Shown here: positions 24,085-35,000 of the stretch, one piece after another | How the letters are laid out: the number at the start of each line of letters is the position of its first letter | Position numbering within the stretch: the stretch's first letter is position 1 | Position numbers and translations under genes: made by a program | Assembly (NCBI GenBank): GCA_052327205.1 | Contig: CM126233.1 | Location: 10,540,001-10,604,000 of the forward strand | DNA length: 64,000 bases | Direction of reading: 5' to 3' | Source of the DNA: Somniosus microcephalus | Lineage: Eukaryota | Notes under the pieces: model-generated | The model's input: the letters and a program-made list of their open reading frames with translations, nothing else | Databases searched by the model: none | What the model was told of the DNA's origin: nothing

Positions 24085-24583
24085 ATACAAAAGCAAAATA
24101 CTGCGGATGCTGAAAATCTGAAATAAAAACAGAAAATGTTGGAAATACTCAGCGGGTCAGGCAGCATCTGTGGAGAGAGAAACAGAGTTAACGTTTCAGG
24201 TCGATGACCCTTCATCAGAACTGGAAAAAGTTGGAGATGGAACAGGTTTTTAAGCAAGTGTAGGGGCAGGGAAAGGGGGGAGGGGATGAAAGAACAAAAG
24301 GGAAGGTCTGTGATAGGATGGAAGGTAGGAGAGATTAAGAGACAAAAGGGATGATGGTGCAAGGCAAAAGGAGATGGTAATGGGACAAGTTAAGAAACAA
24401 AAGATGACTCTAGATGAAGTGTAAATGGCACTGGCAGAATGAAAGACAGCTGTCATGTGAGAGAGAGAAAAAAAATGAAAAAAAGGATAAGGGCTGAGGT
24501 TATGGTCTGAAATTGTTGAACTCGATGTTGAGTCCAGAAGGTTGTAAAGTGCCTAATCGAAAGATGAGGTGCTGTTCCTCGAG
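24085..24583 (-). mobile_element. Second Penelope 3' fragment, 13-bp TSD CCCTTCAACCCCA
   Basis: Highly similar to 22458-22905; TSD at 24072-24084 and 24584-24596. Confidence 0.9.
24186..24222 (-). ncRNA. Minimal type I hammerhead ribozyme motif
   Basis: Minus strand AGTT-CTGATGA-AGGGTCATCGACCT-GAAA-CGTT-AACT. Confidence 0.8.
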
Positions 24584-24675
24584 CCCTTCAACCCCATTTC
24601 CTTTATCCACCCAACTAACTGGTACTTGCAATGGAAGAGTCAGTTATAAATTATTTAGTCCTATTTCGTACTAAA

Positions 24676-25192
24676 ATAAAATTAAATAACCACGGCGAGC
24701 TTCCGCTAATTGTGCCCGTTTGGGGGCCTTCGACGAGGCTCTTAAAATCAAGCTGTTTCTTTTAGGCACAAGGGCACTAATAGGCACCTTTTAAACATTA
24801 AAAAATATTTAATTTACTAAGAAACTGACTACTGTACACCAATGAAACTAGCAAATGGTTCAGTATAGTTTTAAAGTCATTTTCAGTTATTTAAAGTTGG
24901 GTTACTCACAGGTGGAGAATTGACACTCTATAATGTTTATTTTTGTGATAAACCCATTTTCAGCTGTATTAATCGAACTGCACCAAGTTACCACTCTTAA
25001 ATATTTTAAGGAATATTCTTTATTTCAAAAAAATTACATTTTAAAATGCTGCCCGATTGTGATGGATCATGGACAATTTTACGTTTGTGATTGTGCAAAC
25101 TTGAACTGTAACTTAATTTCAGAAAACGAGCGCAATTTTGAGCGCAATTTGCACCCGGATTGCCGATTGTGCCAAAGTGGAAACTTTACCCC
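24676..25192. mobile_element. Non-autonomous DNA element (MITE-like); inverted homolog at 59040-59558
   Basis: Shares TTACTCACAGGTGGAGAA and TTTTTGTGATAAACCCATTTTCAGCTGTATTAAT with the reverse strand of 59080-59260; ends in GGAAACTTTACCCC. Confidence 0.65.
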
Positions 25193-25889
25193 AACATGTT
25201 TGTTTCAAATCCCTCTCGCTGTTTCTTTAGCGAAGGTTTTAGCTCATTTAAAACAAGTAGGTTAACCGCTCGCTTTAAATAGCTGAGGGATTTGACACAA
25301 GTGCAATAAATATTCATACAATAACAGCACTGACAAAAATAAAATGCAAATGCTATTAATCAATTTAAAAAAAAGCTCTGAATGAAATGTAAATGACACT
25401 TTATAGTTAAAGGGCCTGGAATTTCAGGGGTTTAGTGCTGGTCGTTAAGGCCCGTTTTGATGAAGAAAATGGCGGCCGACCCACTTCCCGCCCACTTCCG
25501 GCAGGTCCCACTGCGGCCGCCATTTTGGGGAGGTCGGTTCGCTCCAGATATTTAGATTACGCAGATTGTGATGTCAACGAGTGTATAACGCTGATTTGAC
25601 GCACGATCTGCCATTTTGGACATCGCCGCTCCATTTAATGCCCTCTCCTAATTACGACCAGCTGGCCAAGCATTCAACAGCAGGAAAGAGCCCCCAGCAG
25701 CACTATTTAAAGGGATCATCAACAACTGACTTGCTTTTTCAGTTCTGCAGTCTCTGTCTAAGTTTGTGCAACTGTTTGGAGCTTTCTGAAGTTGTTTAAA
25801 GTTGGTGAGGTCACAGGGAGTGTTGCTGCAAGTGGAGAATGCCTTGCTTCTCATCTAAAGGCTTCTGCTCACATCACTTGCTCCTAGTC

Positions 25890-26994
25890 ATGGGGACTCT
25901 CCTTGCAGTCCCCCTCGTGATAGGGAGATGGAGAGGAGGCAGCGAAGAACAGGACAAGATGCTCACAGAGGGAGGGGCAGGAGGGCTCTCAGCAGGAGGC
26001 CTTACCCACCTAGGGTCTTCTGAGAATACTTCTCCTACCTGCACTTAAGCCAGAAGCAGTGTATTAGGAGGCTTCGCTTCACCAAGGAGGTGGTTTACAG
26101 AACTCTGCCACCTCCTGCACCCAGACCTGCAGCCTCAGAGCAGGGCGACCATGGCTCTTCCAGTGGCCCTTAAGGTCACCGTTGCCCTCAATTTTTTCAC
26201 CACCAGATTCTTCCAGCCTGCAGCAGATGACATAGCTAAAATCTCCCAGTTCGCTGTCCATTGCTGCATCACAGAGGCCCTGTACTCCAGGGGAAGGGAC
26301 TTAATTTTCTTCTCTTTGAACAGAGAGAAGCAAGACGAATGCGCATGTGTCTTTGCCAGGATAGCAGGCTTCCCCATGGTGTAGGGCGCCATCGACTGCA
26401 TACACGTGGCTTTGCGGGCACTGTATACTAATCCTGATAAGTTCTGTAACCGCAAAAGCTACCACTCACTTAATGTACAGTTTTTGTGCGACCACACCCA
26501 GCGCATCATGATGGTGAATACCCACTATCTTGGCAGCAGTCATGATGCCTTCATCCTGCGCCAGTCCACTGTGCCAGCAATCTTCCAGCCAGCACGTCAA
26601 ACCCCAAGGGTGGCTGCTCGAAGACCAGGGCTATCCACTCTGCACCTGGCTAATGACTCCCCTCAGCAACCCCACCACTCGTGGCCAGCACTCATATAAC
26701 GACAGCTATGCTGCCACCACGAACATCATCAAGCAGACCATCGGGGTGCTAAAGCAATGGTTCCACTGCCTTGACCGCTCGGAGGGAGCCCTCTAGTACT
26801 CGCTGGAGTGGGTGTCCCATTTCGTGGTGGTCTGCTGCATGCTCCACAACTTGGCCTTCCTGAATGTGCAGCCCTTGCCACCAGGAGTTCCGGGAGGAGG
26901 AGGAGGAAGAGGAAGAGGAAAGAGGAGGCAGGCAGCAGATCCCTGTTCCGGACGGGCTGTCTGTGAGCGCTGCTTCAGACTCCGATTCCACTGA
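25890..26994 (+). pseudogene. Harbinger DDE transposase (HARBI1-like), disrupted
   Basis: ALPVALKVTVALNFF, GFPMV*GAIDCIHV, NRKSYHSLNVQ, GSSHDAFIL, WLLEDQGYP, IKQTIGVLK and CCMLHN across several frames with stops. Confidence 0.93.
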
Positions 26995-27211
26995 ATGAAA
27001 CCCAGACCCCTGTTGCTCACCACCGCCCCCTCATACCATATTCCTCTGTCACAGGACATCATAGCGTCCTCCTGGGCAAAAAGCTGAAATGAGTGCCACA
27101 ACAAAACACACATTCCAAGCAAAATTCATAACTTTATCAAATTCATATCAAAAGAACAAAGTCAACTAATCACCCATGTGCATTCCTTGTGTTTTTCTTT
27201 CATATGCCTTT

Positions 27212-28934
27212 TTATACTCCAGTGCTCCTACGAAGTGCTCCCCCAGTGTCTGCAGCATGGCTGGTCGAAGGCTGCTGACTTTCAGTGTGGGAGATTACAG
27301 ATAGCCTTGCAGGATGGACTCGAGCAGGCCCGGCTGTAGACTGCACCACCTCAGCATGGGCGGCAGCAGTCTGGATGACAGGCAGCAGCAAGGGCACTGG
27401 CGGAGCGACAGTGGTGGGAGTAGGAATGCTGTCATCCTGAGAGAGGACAGCAGGTTCTTGCTCCACGGAGCCACTGCCACTCCCCGGGGCGGTGCTTCAG
27501 CAATCCTAGTAATCTGTTGAAGGACAGATTGCTGGCCTGCTGCGACAACCTGCAAGCCCCATTCGAGACTCGTAAACCCAGCGACGATGGCAGCAGTCTG
27601 AGCTTCCACTGCGGCAGTGAGACGTTGGGTCGCTTCCACCTGTCCTGCAATAGAAGCTGCGAGATCGCCCATCACACCCACCAGCATATTTGGGTCCACA
27701 TGGTCTTTCCTGGAGTTGCCCATCATTTCCATCTTGGAAGCTCTGTGTAAAACCCCCGTGTAATGTTGGAGCCGAACTCCTCAATGCTCCTTTCACTGTC
27801 AAGAGGCTTGCTATTACACCAAGGTTTTCTGTGTGCATGCCCATCACCCTTCTGAAAGCCGCCCATCAGGTCATCATCTGAATCCTGTGGAGCAGAATTC
27901 GTGTGCAAACTCGTCCTCCGGGGAGCTGGCTCCTGAGCTACTCTTTCCCCCTGGCCTGGCTGCAGCCCACTCGTGCCCAGTGACTCATCATGTGCAGATC
28001 CCGCCTCTAACCTACCCTCTAAAGTACGTGCAGTGCCATTTTCTGAGCTGGTATCTGCGAGTGTCAAATGCAGTGCCAGTGTCTCCTCCTCCTCCTCCTC
28101 CTCCATGTCTTCCCCATGTTCAGGTACAGGCTGGGCTGCTGGCAGTTCTTGAGTATCTGAAAGCAGAAATGCACAAAGGTCAGGTTGTGGTGAGAAGAGA
28201 TTGTGGGATGAGGGGGAAGTGGGATGTGAGAAGAAGGATTAGGTATGAGCATACCATCATCATTGGCACTGCTTTCAACTTCTCAGCTCGCCACGGACTC
28301 TTAACACAGCCCCTCCAACTCTTTGCAACACTGATTCCTCCAGGTTGGTTCATTTCTCAATCCTCGCTTGGCTGCCTCCCGTCTGCTGCTGTGCACGGCG
28401 TTTGTGTGCCACCTTGACCTGCAAAGGAAGGGAAGTGTGTCAGTGAGTGTAGTGCAATGTGTTTGGGTGATGTGCCTGCTATGGTTGAATAGCTGGCAGT
28501 GTGTGCAAGGTGTGAGTTGTGGATGTGAGTGTTGCAGCAGTGGTAAGTGTATGAGGGTGAAGTGAAGCTATGATTGTGAGGTATGAGTGGTGATAGCTAG
28601 AGATTGCTGGTAGGTGAGTGATGGGGGTGTGGTACATTGAGCAGTGTGTGAGGCTTGTGGTGCAGATGGTGGGATATAGCATTTGCTGAAGCCTTCACTC
28701 ACCTTGACCAGCTGTGTGAGGTCATTAAACTTTTTGCGGCACTGGATCCAGGTCCTGGGGACAACACTCGTCACTGTGATGGATTGCACTAGCTCCTCCC
28801 AAATCCTTCGACTGATTACCTTTGACGGTCTCTTGCCCCCATAGGACATCCCATCGATGTTGGACCCCCAGGACCAAGGCCTCCCGTGCAGTATCTGAGA
28901 AATGTCTCGCCCTTTCTCTGGGGTGTTGAGCCAT
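27212..28934 (-). pseudogene. Harbinger Myb/SANT-like DNA-binding protein, three exons (28934-28703, 28418-28255, 28156-27212)
   Basis: RERARHFSDTAREALV and WEELVQSITVTSVVPRTWIQCRKKFNDL (trihelix/Myb). GT-AG sites AAG|GTGAGT, TTTGCAG|, ATG|GTATGC and TTTCAG|. Confidence 0.82.
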
Positions 28935-29324
28935 GGCTTCTTTTCACCTGACAATGAGGTGTTTCTGCAACAAAGCACCTCCTCTTTATGAAGTGGAGAG
29001 AGCCTAGGCCAAACTTTATTGGCCAGTAGACTGCACCTGATATTTTGCATGCTACCTGCACCACCTAGAATGGGGGCACAGGCAGGGCGGTCCCCCCGCC
29101 CCGCCTGTGCCCCTGCCGCCTGGCTTCAGGCCATATCCAATTTCTAGGCCCTGGTCTTCATGAAAACGTTTCCACTTTTTCTTTAATTGGGGAGTGAAAA
29201 GAAGTGTGTGTTAAATAATGCAGTGACAATTTGTGACGCGATTCATGTCACTGAATTTGATGTTTGTAAACAACCCAGTAAGTACTGGCTGAATAGTTTG
29301 TCATTCTGCCCGTGTAACTTGTTC

Positions 29325-29640
29325 TTTTTAATTCATCCCCGGGGTGTGGGTGTCGCTGGCAAGGCCAGCATTTATTGCCCATCCCTAGTTGCCCTTGAAA
29401 AGGTGGTGGTGAGCCGCCGCCTTCTTGAACCGCTGCAGTCCGCGTGTGGTGAAGGTACTCCCACAGTGCTGTTAGGTAGGGAGTTCCAGGATTTTGACTC
29501 AGCAACAATGAAGAACAGCCATGTATGTCCAAATTGGGATGGTATGGAACTTGGGGGTGATGGTGTTCCCATGCACCTGCTGCCCTTGCTCTTCAAGGTG
29601 GTGGAGGCCACAGGTTTAGGAGGTGCTGTCGACTAGGTTG
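29325..29640 (-). mobile_element. CR1-superfamily LINE 3' end; same family as 44005-44310
   Basis: Antisense KSWNSLPNSTVGVPS and the 3' UTR GGGCAACTAGGGATGGGCAATAAATGCTGGCCTTGCC. Confidence 0.8.
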
Positions 29641-30674
29641 TTACCAAACATAGACAGGGCAGCAGTGTAGGCGGGGGCATGGGTTAGTAAAGAACGTTTG
29701 GTGTTTGGATAGGGCTGGAGAGCACAGGGACAGAGGTCTGAAAATGATGGCAGAAAATATATGCAAGTTGTTGCTGTTGTTGTACGTGTTAATGTTGCTA
29801 GAGCCAGGTAGAGCTGGAGTGAAGGAGAGGTAACCAGCCTCTGGTTGCTCGGTGTGAAGAACTCTGGAGGAGGGGGCAGGGGATGAAGGTCTTATTTGAC
29901 CAAAAAGCTAATTTAGGACTCAAAGAAGAAAAAAAAAATCAACCTTACTGCATCTGTAGCAGATTGCTTTGAAGTAATTGCCTCTTCCTGTGGAAGCTGG
30001 ATTCCAGCCCTGTCCCCGCCCATTGGGGTTCGGAGCAGGTAGGACTGCTCGTGTGTGGAGCTGCGACAGCTGTTCCAGCTTGCTTGGGGACGTTTCGAGC
30101 CGATGGATTAATCAATGTTATGAACTGAGTCTGTGGGGTTTTTATATTGTAATTGGTTTCAGATGACACTTTGCTAGTCAATCTGTGAAGTATTTGAATG
30201 TTGACACAGCTGAAGAGTCACAGCTGTTTACTTTCACCCTATCCCTGCTCCCTTCCTGCTTTTCCACTCAGTACATTTTCACTTTCTTTGTACAGTTTTT
30301 TAATCCCCATTCTGTGGATTCCTTTCTCTCAGCCATTAGTGCAGATTGCTGAGGATTCGCTATTCTTAATACACTCCAGAATGGTGACTTTCCTCTTCCC
30401 AAATGTTTTTCAGTATTTTTCCCCTGGATCAATCCTCACTTCCACATTGTCCTCCTCAGTTGGGCAAAGACTTGCTGCCTGAATTTCTTGGGCATTCTTA
30501 ATTCCTTTCCTCCCTCCCTCCCTCCCTCTTTGCACATTAAATTGTCAAGTAATGAAGTGACTGGAGTAATATTTTACAAGTCACTTGACTGAACTTGACT
30601 AAGGTTGAAAGTCAATTAAGGGAGGAAGCTATTGTGACATCATTGATTGATTGATAAGCCAATTATAATTACAA

Positions 30675-31070
30675 AGTATTACATAGTATTTACAGCACAG
30701 AAATAGGCCAGTCAGCCCAACTGGTCTATGCCAGTGTTTATGCTCCACACGAGCCTCCTTCCCACCCCTCTTCATCTAACCCTATCAACATATCCTTTTA
30801 TTCCTTTCTCCCTCATGTGTTAATCTAGCTTCCCCTTAAATAAATCTATGATATTCACCTCAACCATTCCATGAGGTAGCGAGTTCCACATTCTCACCAC
30901 TCTCTGAGTAAAGAGGTTTCTCCTGAATTCCCTATTGAATTTATTAGTGACTATCTTATATTTATGGCCCCTCGTTTTGGAATCCCCCACAAGTGGAAAC
31001 ATTTTCTCTACATCTACCCTATTGAACCCCCTTCATCATTTTAAAGACCTCTATCAGGTCAGCCTTCACC
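30675..31070 (-). mobile_element. CR1 3' end
   Basis: ORF 30820-31002: FPLVGDSKTRGHKYKI...FTQRVVRMWNSLP. Confidence 0.85.
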
Positions 31071-31299
31071 TTACTGTATTTGGCCAGTGGAATGACCGGA
31101 TTAACAACAGGGAGCCTACATGTCGTGTGACTATACAAACCACATTTATACCTATCGTAAGGTCCAGTTGTCATCAATACAACAGGCAGGTGGCCCTAGG
31201 TTACACATAAACCTGTCATGAATCAGCTGAGTGTCTTGCCTCAGTCAGCAACAATGGAATTTTATCCTATTGTGGCTTCCAGCAGGAATGTAATGAACA

Positions 31300-31496
31300 G
31301 GAGGTCTGGGAGGTTCTGGTTGCCACATATTTCAATCTTCATCCCTCACACCCATTCCATGGCCGAGACTGCTTTTGTTCCACCTCTGGAGCAATGCTGG
31401 CTTCACTCCTCACTGGCCCCCCACCACCACATTGCTGCCAAAAGCTACTCCATGCTTTTATCAACTCGAGACTCGACTTCTCTAACACTTTCCTTC
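31300..31496 (+). mobile_element. Old L2-like fragment hosting Gypsy-B; continues at about 35940-36330
   Basis: CTCCATGCTTTTATCAACTCGAGACTCGACTTCTCTAAC (LHAFINSRLDFSN) before the insertion and a degenerate L2 tail after it. Confidence 0.6.
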
Positions 31497-31825
31497 TGTG
31501 ATGAAATATTCCATTCATCACTGCCTGTGACTGTGGTCGGTTTCAGGTTTCTCCTCACCATTGTATTGTATATCACTGCCTGTGACTGTGGTTGGTTTCA
31601 GGTTTCTCCTCACCATTGTATTGTATATTGGAATGTATGGAATGCATTGTGTGTAGGGCTCCGCCCATACCTGGCCCCTATGTAAGCAAGCAGTCTGGCC
31701 TCATATCCAGTACTGCAGATCTCCAGATGGAAGATACCTCTCTCCACTGCGTGTTATCTTCTAAGTTAATAAAAGCCTTGTTTTGTTTCGCTAACATCGA
31801 GTCTCGGAATTATTGAGGCACATCA
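31497..31825 (+). repeat. 5' LTR of Gypsy-B, with an internal 55-bp tandem duplication (31517-31626)
   Basis: Direct repeat of 35611-35939; AATAAA at 31768-31773. Confidence 0.95.
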
Positions 31826-31851
31826 ATTTTATTAACTTATTCTTCAACACA

Positions 31852-32004
31852 ATGGACCGACTCCTGAAACCCGAACGTTTGGATTTGGATCAGCATGCTC
31901 CGGACGCATCAGCACGCTTCGGACACTGGTTTATGTGTATGGAATTCTTCCTGGACAATTCCGCAGCCGTCAAAGACGCTACGGAATTCTGCGGAATTGG
32001 GTAA
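31852..32004 (+). CDS. Gypsy-B gag N-terminus, out of frame with the main ORF from about 31975
   Basis: MDRLLKPERLDLD...FGHWFMCME starts 26 nt after the LTR and resembles a gag start. Confidence 0.7.
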   Translation: MDRLLKPERLDLDQHAPDASARFGHWFMCMEFFLDNSAAVKDATEFCGIG

Positions 32005-35000
32005 GCCACCGGGTTTACCCCCTCATCCAAGACGCCGACACGTACCTGGCCGCCTGCGACATCTTAAAGGCGCATTACCAGCAGCCTACGAATGAGGTGT
32101 ATGCTAGGCATCTGCTCGCCACTCGCGCACAGCGACCTGGGGAATCGGTGGAGGAGTTCCTAGGCACCCTGAAAATGCTTGGCAAAGACTGCAAGTGCCG
32201 AGATGTAAAAGCCGCAGTGTACACCGACGAGCTTGTTCGCGATGCCTTTATCACAGGCCTCAGCTCCACTTACATCCGGCAAAGACTGCTGGAAAAAACG
32301 GGATTGGACCTGAAACAGGCTGCGGACACCGCACGATCCCTGGAAGTGGCCCAGAGAAACTCGGACGCCTACTCTTCAGCCCGCGCCGTCCACGCCGCCA
32401 CGTGTGCACCAAGGGCGCCGCCATCTTGGAAGGCATCTTCCCCGCCCGGCAGCCCGACACCGTCGGGGCCCCGCTCTCCCCCCAGAAGCCCGACAGCCGC
32501 GACGCGTCGGGGACCCAACTGCTACTTCTGCGGGCAGCCAAAGCATACCAGAAACCTGTGCCCGGCGAAAGGCACCACCTGCTTTAAGTGCGGTAAGAAG
32601 GGGCACTTCGGGAAGGTGTGCAGAGGGAACCCCGCCGGAAAACCAACCGCCGGAAAACCCGCCACCGCCGCGTGCGCGCCGTGGGAGCGGCCATCTTGGA
32701 CGCCATCTTGCCCGACCTCGTGGGGTCCGCCATCTTATGAGCAGACAGCGTGGACGCCATCTTGTCTTGATCAGGGCCCTACAGTGGCATCGGTCACAGT
32801 GGACCAGACCAGGCCGCACCCGCTATCCAAATCAATGGTGGACATCGAGGTAAACGGGTGCAGGGTTAAATGTTTAATTGACAGTGGAAGCACAGAGAGT
32901 TTTATCCACCCTGAACTGGCACAACAACTCTCCCTAAAGGTGGTCCCTACTCAGGGTACCATCTCTATGGCTGATAAAACCCAAACATCGACCATTCTGG
33001 GTTACTGCACGGTACAATTGTCCGTTAACGGAACTGTTTATGATAATTTTAAAGTATTAATCATGAAGAATCTATGTGCGAGCGTGATCTTGGGCCTGGA
33101 TTTCCAGTGCAACCACCAAAGCATCACGCTCAAGTACGGTGGGTCCCAGCCGCCCCTCACAGTGTGCGGTCTGTCTACCCTGAAGGTAAAGCCGCCTTCG
33201 CTATTCGCGAACCTTACCCCTAACTGCCGGCCAATAGCGACCAAAAGCAGGAGGTACAGCTGGGAGGACAGGCGGTTTATCGCGACCGAGGTAGACAGGC
33301 TCCTGAAAGAGCGCATTATTGAACGCAGCAACAGCCCGTGGCGTGCCCAAGTGGTAGTGGTAAGGGGTAGCAAGAAGAAACGGATGGTGATCGACTATAG
33401 CCAAACGATCAACAGGTACACCCGACTAGACGCCTACCCGCTACCCCGCATATCAGAAATGGTGAACCAAATCGCCCAATACCGGGTGTTCTCCACCATC
33501 GACCTTAAGTCAGCGTACCACCAGCTCCCTATCAGACCAGAGGACCGCCCGTACACCGCCTTCGAGGTGAACGGACGCCTCTACCAATTCCTCAGAGTCC
33601 CCTTTGGGGTGACGAATGGGGTCTCGGTCTTCCAGAGGGAGATGGACCGCATGGTCGATGACCACCACTTGCAGGCAACCTTCCCCTACCTCGACAACGT
33701 CACCATCTGTGGTCACAACCAGCAGGATCACGACTCGAACCTCGAGAGGTTCCTGGAAACCGCACAAAAACTCAACCTCACCTACAACGAGGACAAGTGC
33801 GTTTTCAACACCACGCGCCTCTGCATACTAGGCAGCGTGGTGGAGAATGGGGAAATCGGACCAGACCCCGACCGATTGCGCCCCCTACGGGAGCTGCCCC
33901 TGCCCAACACTCCCAAAGCCCTGAAAAGGTGCCTGGGGTTATTTTCTTATTATTCCCAATGGGTCCCCAACTACTCCGACAAAGCCCGCCCCCTCTTGAA
34001 AGCATCCTCTTTTCCGCTCTCTGCTGAGGCCCACGCCGCCTTCAAAAGCATTAAGCAGGATATTGAGTGGGCCACGCTACAGGCAGTGGACGAGAACACT
34101 CCATTTCAAGTGGAAAGTGATGCGTCTGACTTCGCCTTGGCGGCCACCCTCAACCAGGCGGGGCGGCCCGTAGCTTTCTTCTCGAGGACCCTCCAAGGGC
34201 CCGAGATCAGACACTCCTCCGTGGAAAAGGAGGCCCAAGCCATCGTGGAGGCAGTGCGCCACTGGCGCCACTACCTAGCCGGCAAACGCTTCACCCTACT
34301 TACCGACCAGCGGTCGGTAGCGTTTATGTTCAATAATAAACAGAGGGGGAAAATTAAAAATGATGAGATTCTTAGGTGGCGGATCGAGCTCTCCACCTTC
34401 GAGTATGACATAATTTACCGGCCAGGGGCCCTTAACGAATCCCCTGACGCCCTCTCACAAGGGATGTGTGCCAGCGCCACCGGGGATCGGCTACAGACCC
34501 TCCACAACGACCTCTGCCACCCAGGGGTCACGCGGCTGTTCCACTTCATAAAGTCCCGTAACTTACCCTACTCGATTGAGGAAGTTCGGTCTCTGACCAG
34601 GAACTGCCGCACTTGCGCTGAGTGCAAGCCTCGGTTCTACCGCCCAGATAGAGCCCACTTAATCAAAGCTACACGGCCCTTCGAGCGGCTCAGCTTAGAT
34701 TTCAAGGGCCCCCTCCCGTCCGTCGACCGCAATGTTTACTTCCTGAACATTGTGGACGAATACTCCCGGTTCCCATTCGCCTTCCCCTGCCCAGACATGA
34801 CCAGCGCCACGGTCATTAAATGCCTCAACAGCCTGTTCTGCCTGTTCGGTATGCCGAGCTACATCCATACGGATAGGGGGGCGTCCTTCATGAGTGAAGA
34901 GCTACGCCAGTACATGCTGTCCAGGGGGATCGCCACGAGCCGTACCACGAGCTACAACCCCCGGGGTAACGGCCAAGTGGAGCGAGAGAACGGGACAGTA

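Larger units (their letters stand above)
23960..24620 (-). mobile_element. CR1 3' UTR fragment hosting the second Penelope insert
   Basis: CAGGCCATTCGGCCC and TTCCCATATCCCTTCAACCCC are the antisense of the CR1 3' UTR. Confidence 0.6.
25412..29151. mobile_element. PIF/Harbinger DNA transposon remnant with convergent transposase and Myb/SANT genes
   Basis: Ends GGGCCTGGAATT / AATTTCTAGGCCC and two diagnostic pseudogenes. No matching TSD seen, so the boundaries are less certain. Confidence 0.85.

Noticed and set aside
31960-32004. Programmed frameshift near the start of Gypsy-B gag
   Set aside because: No slippery heptamer is visible and the position early in gag is atypical; a small deletion is more likely, though there is no second copy to confirm.
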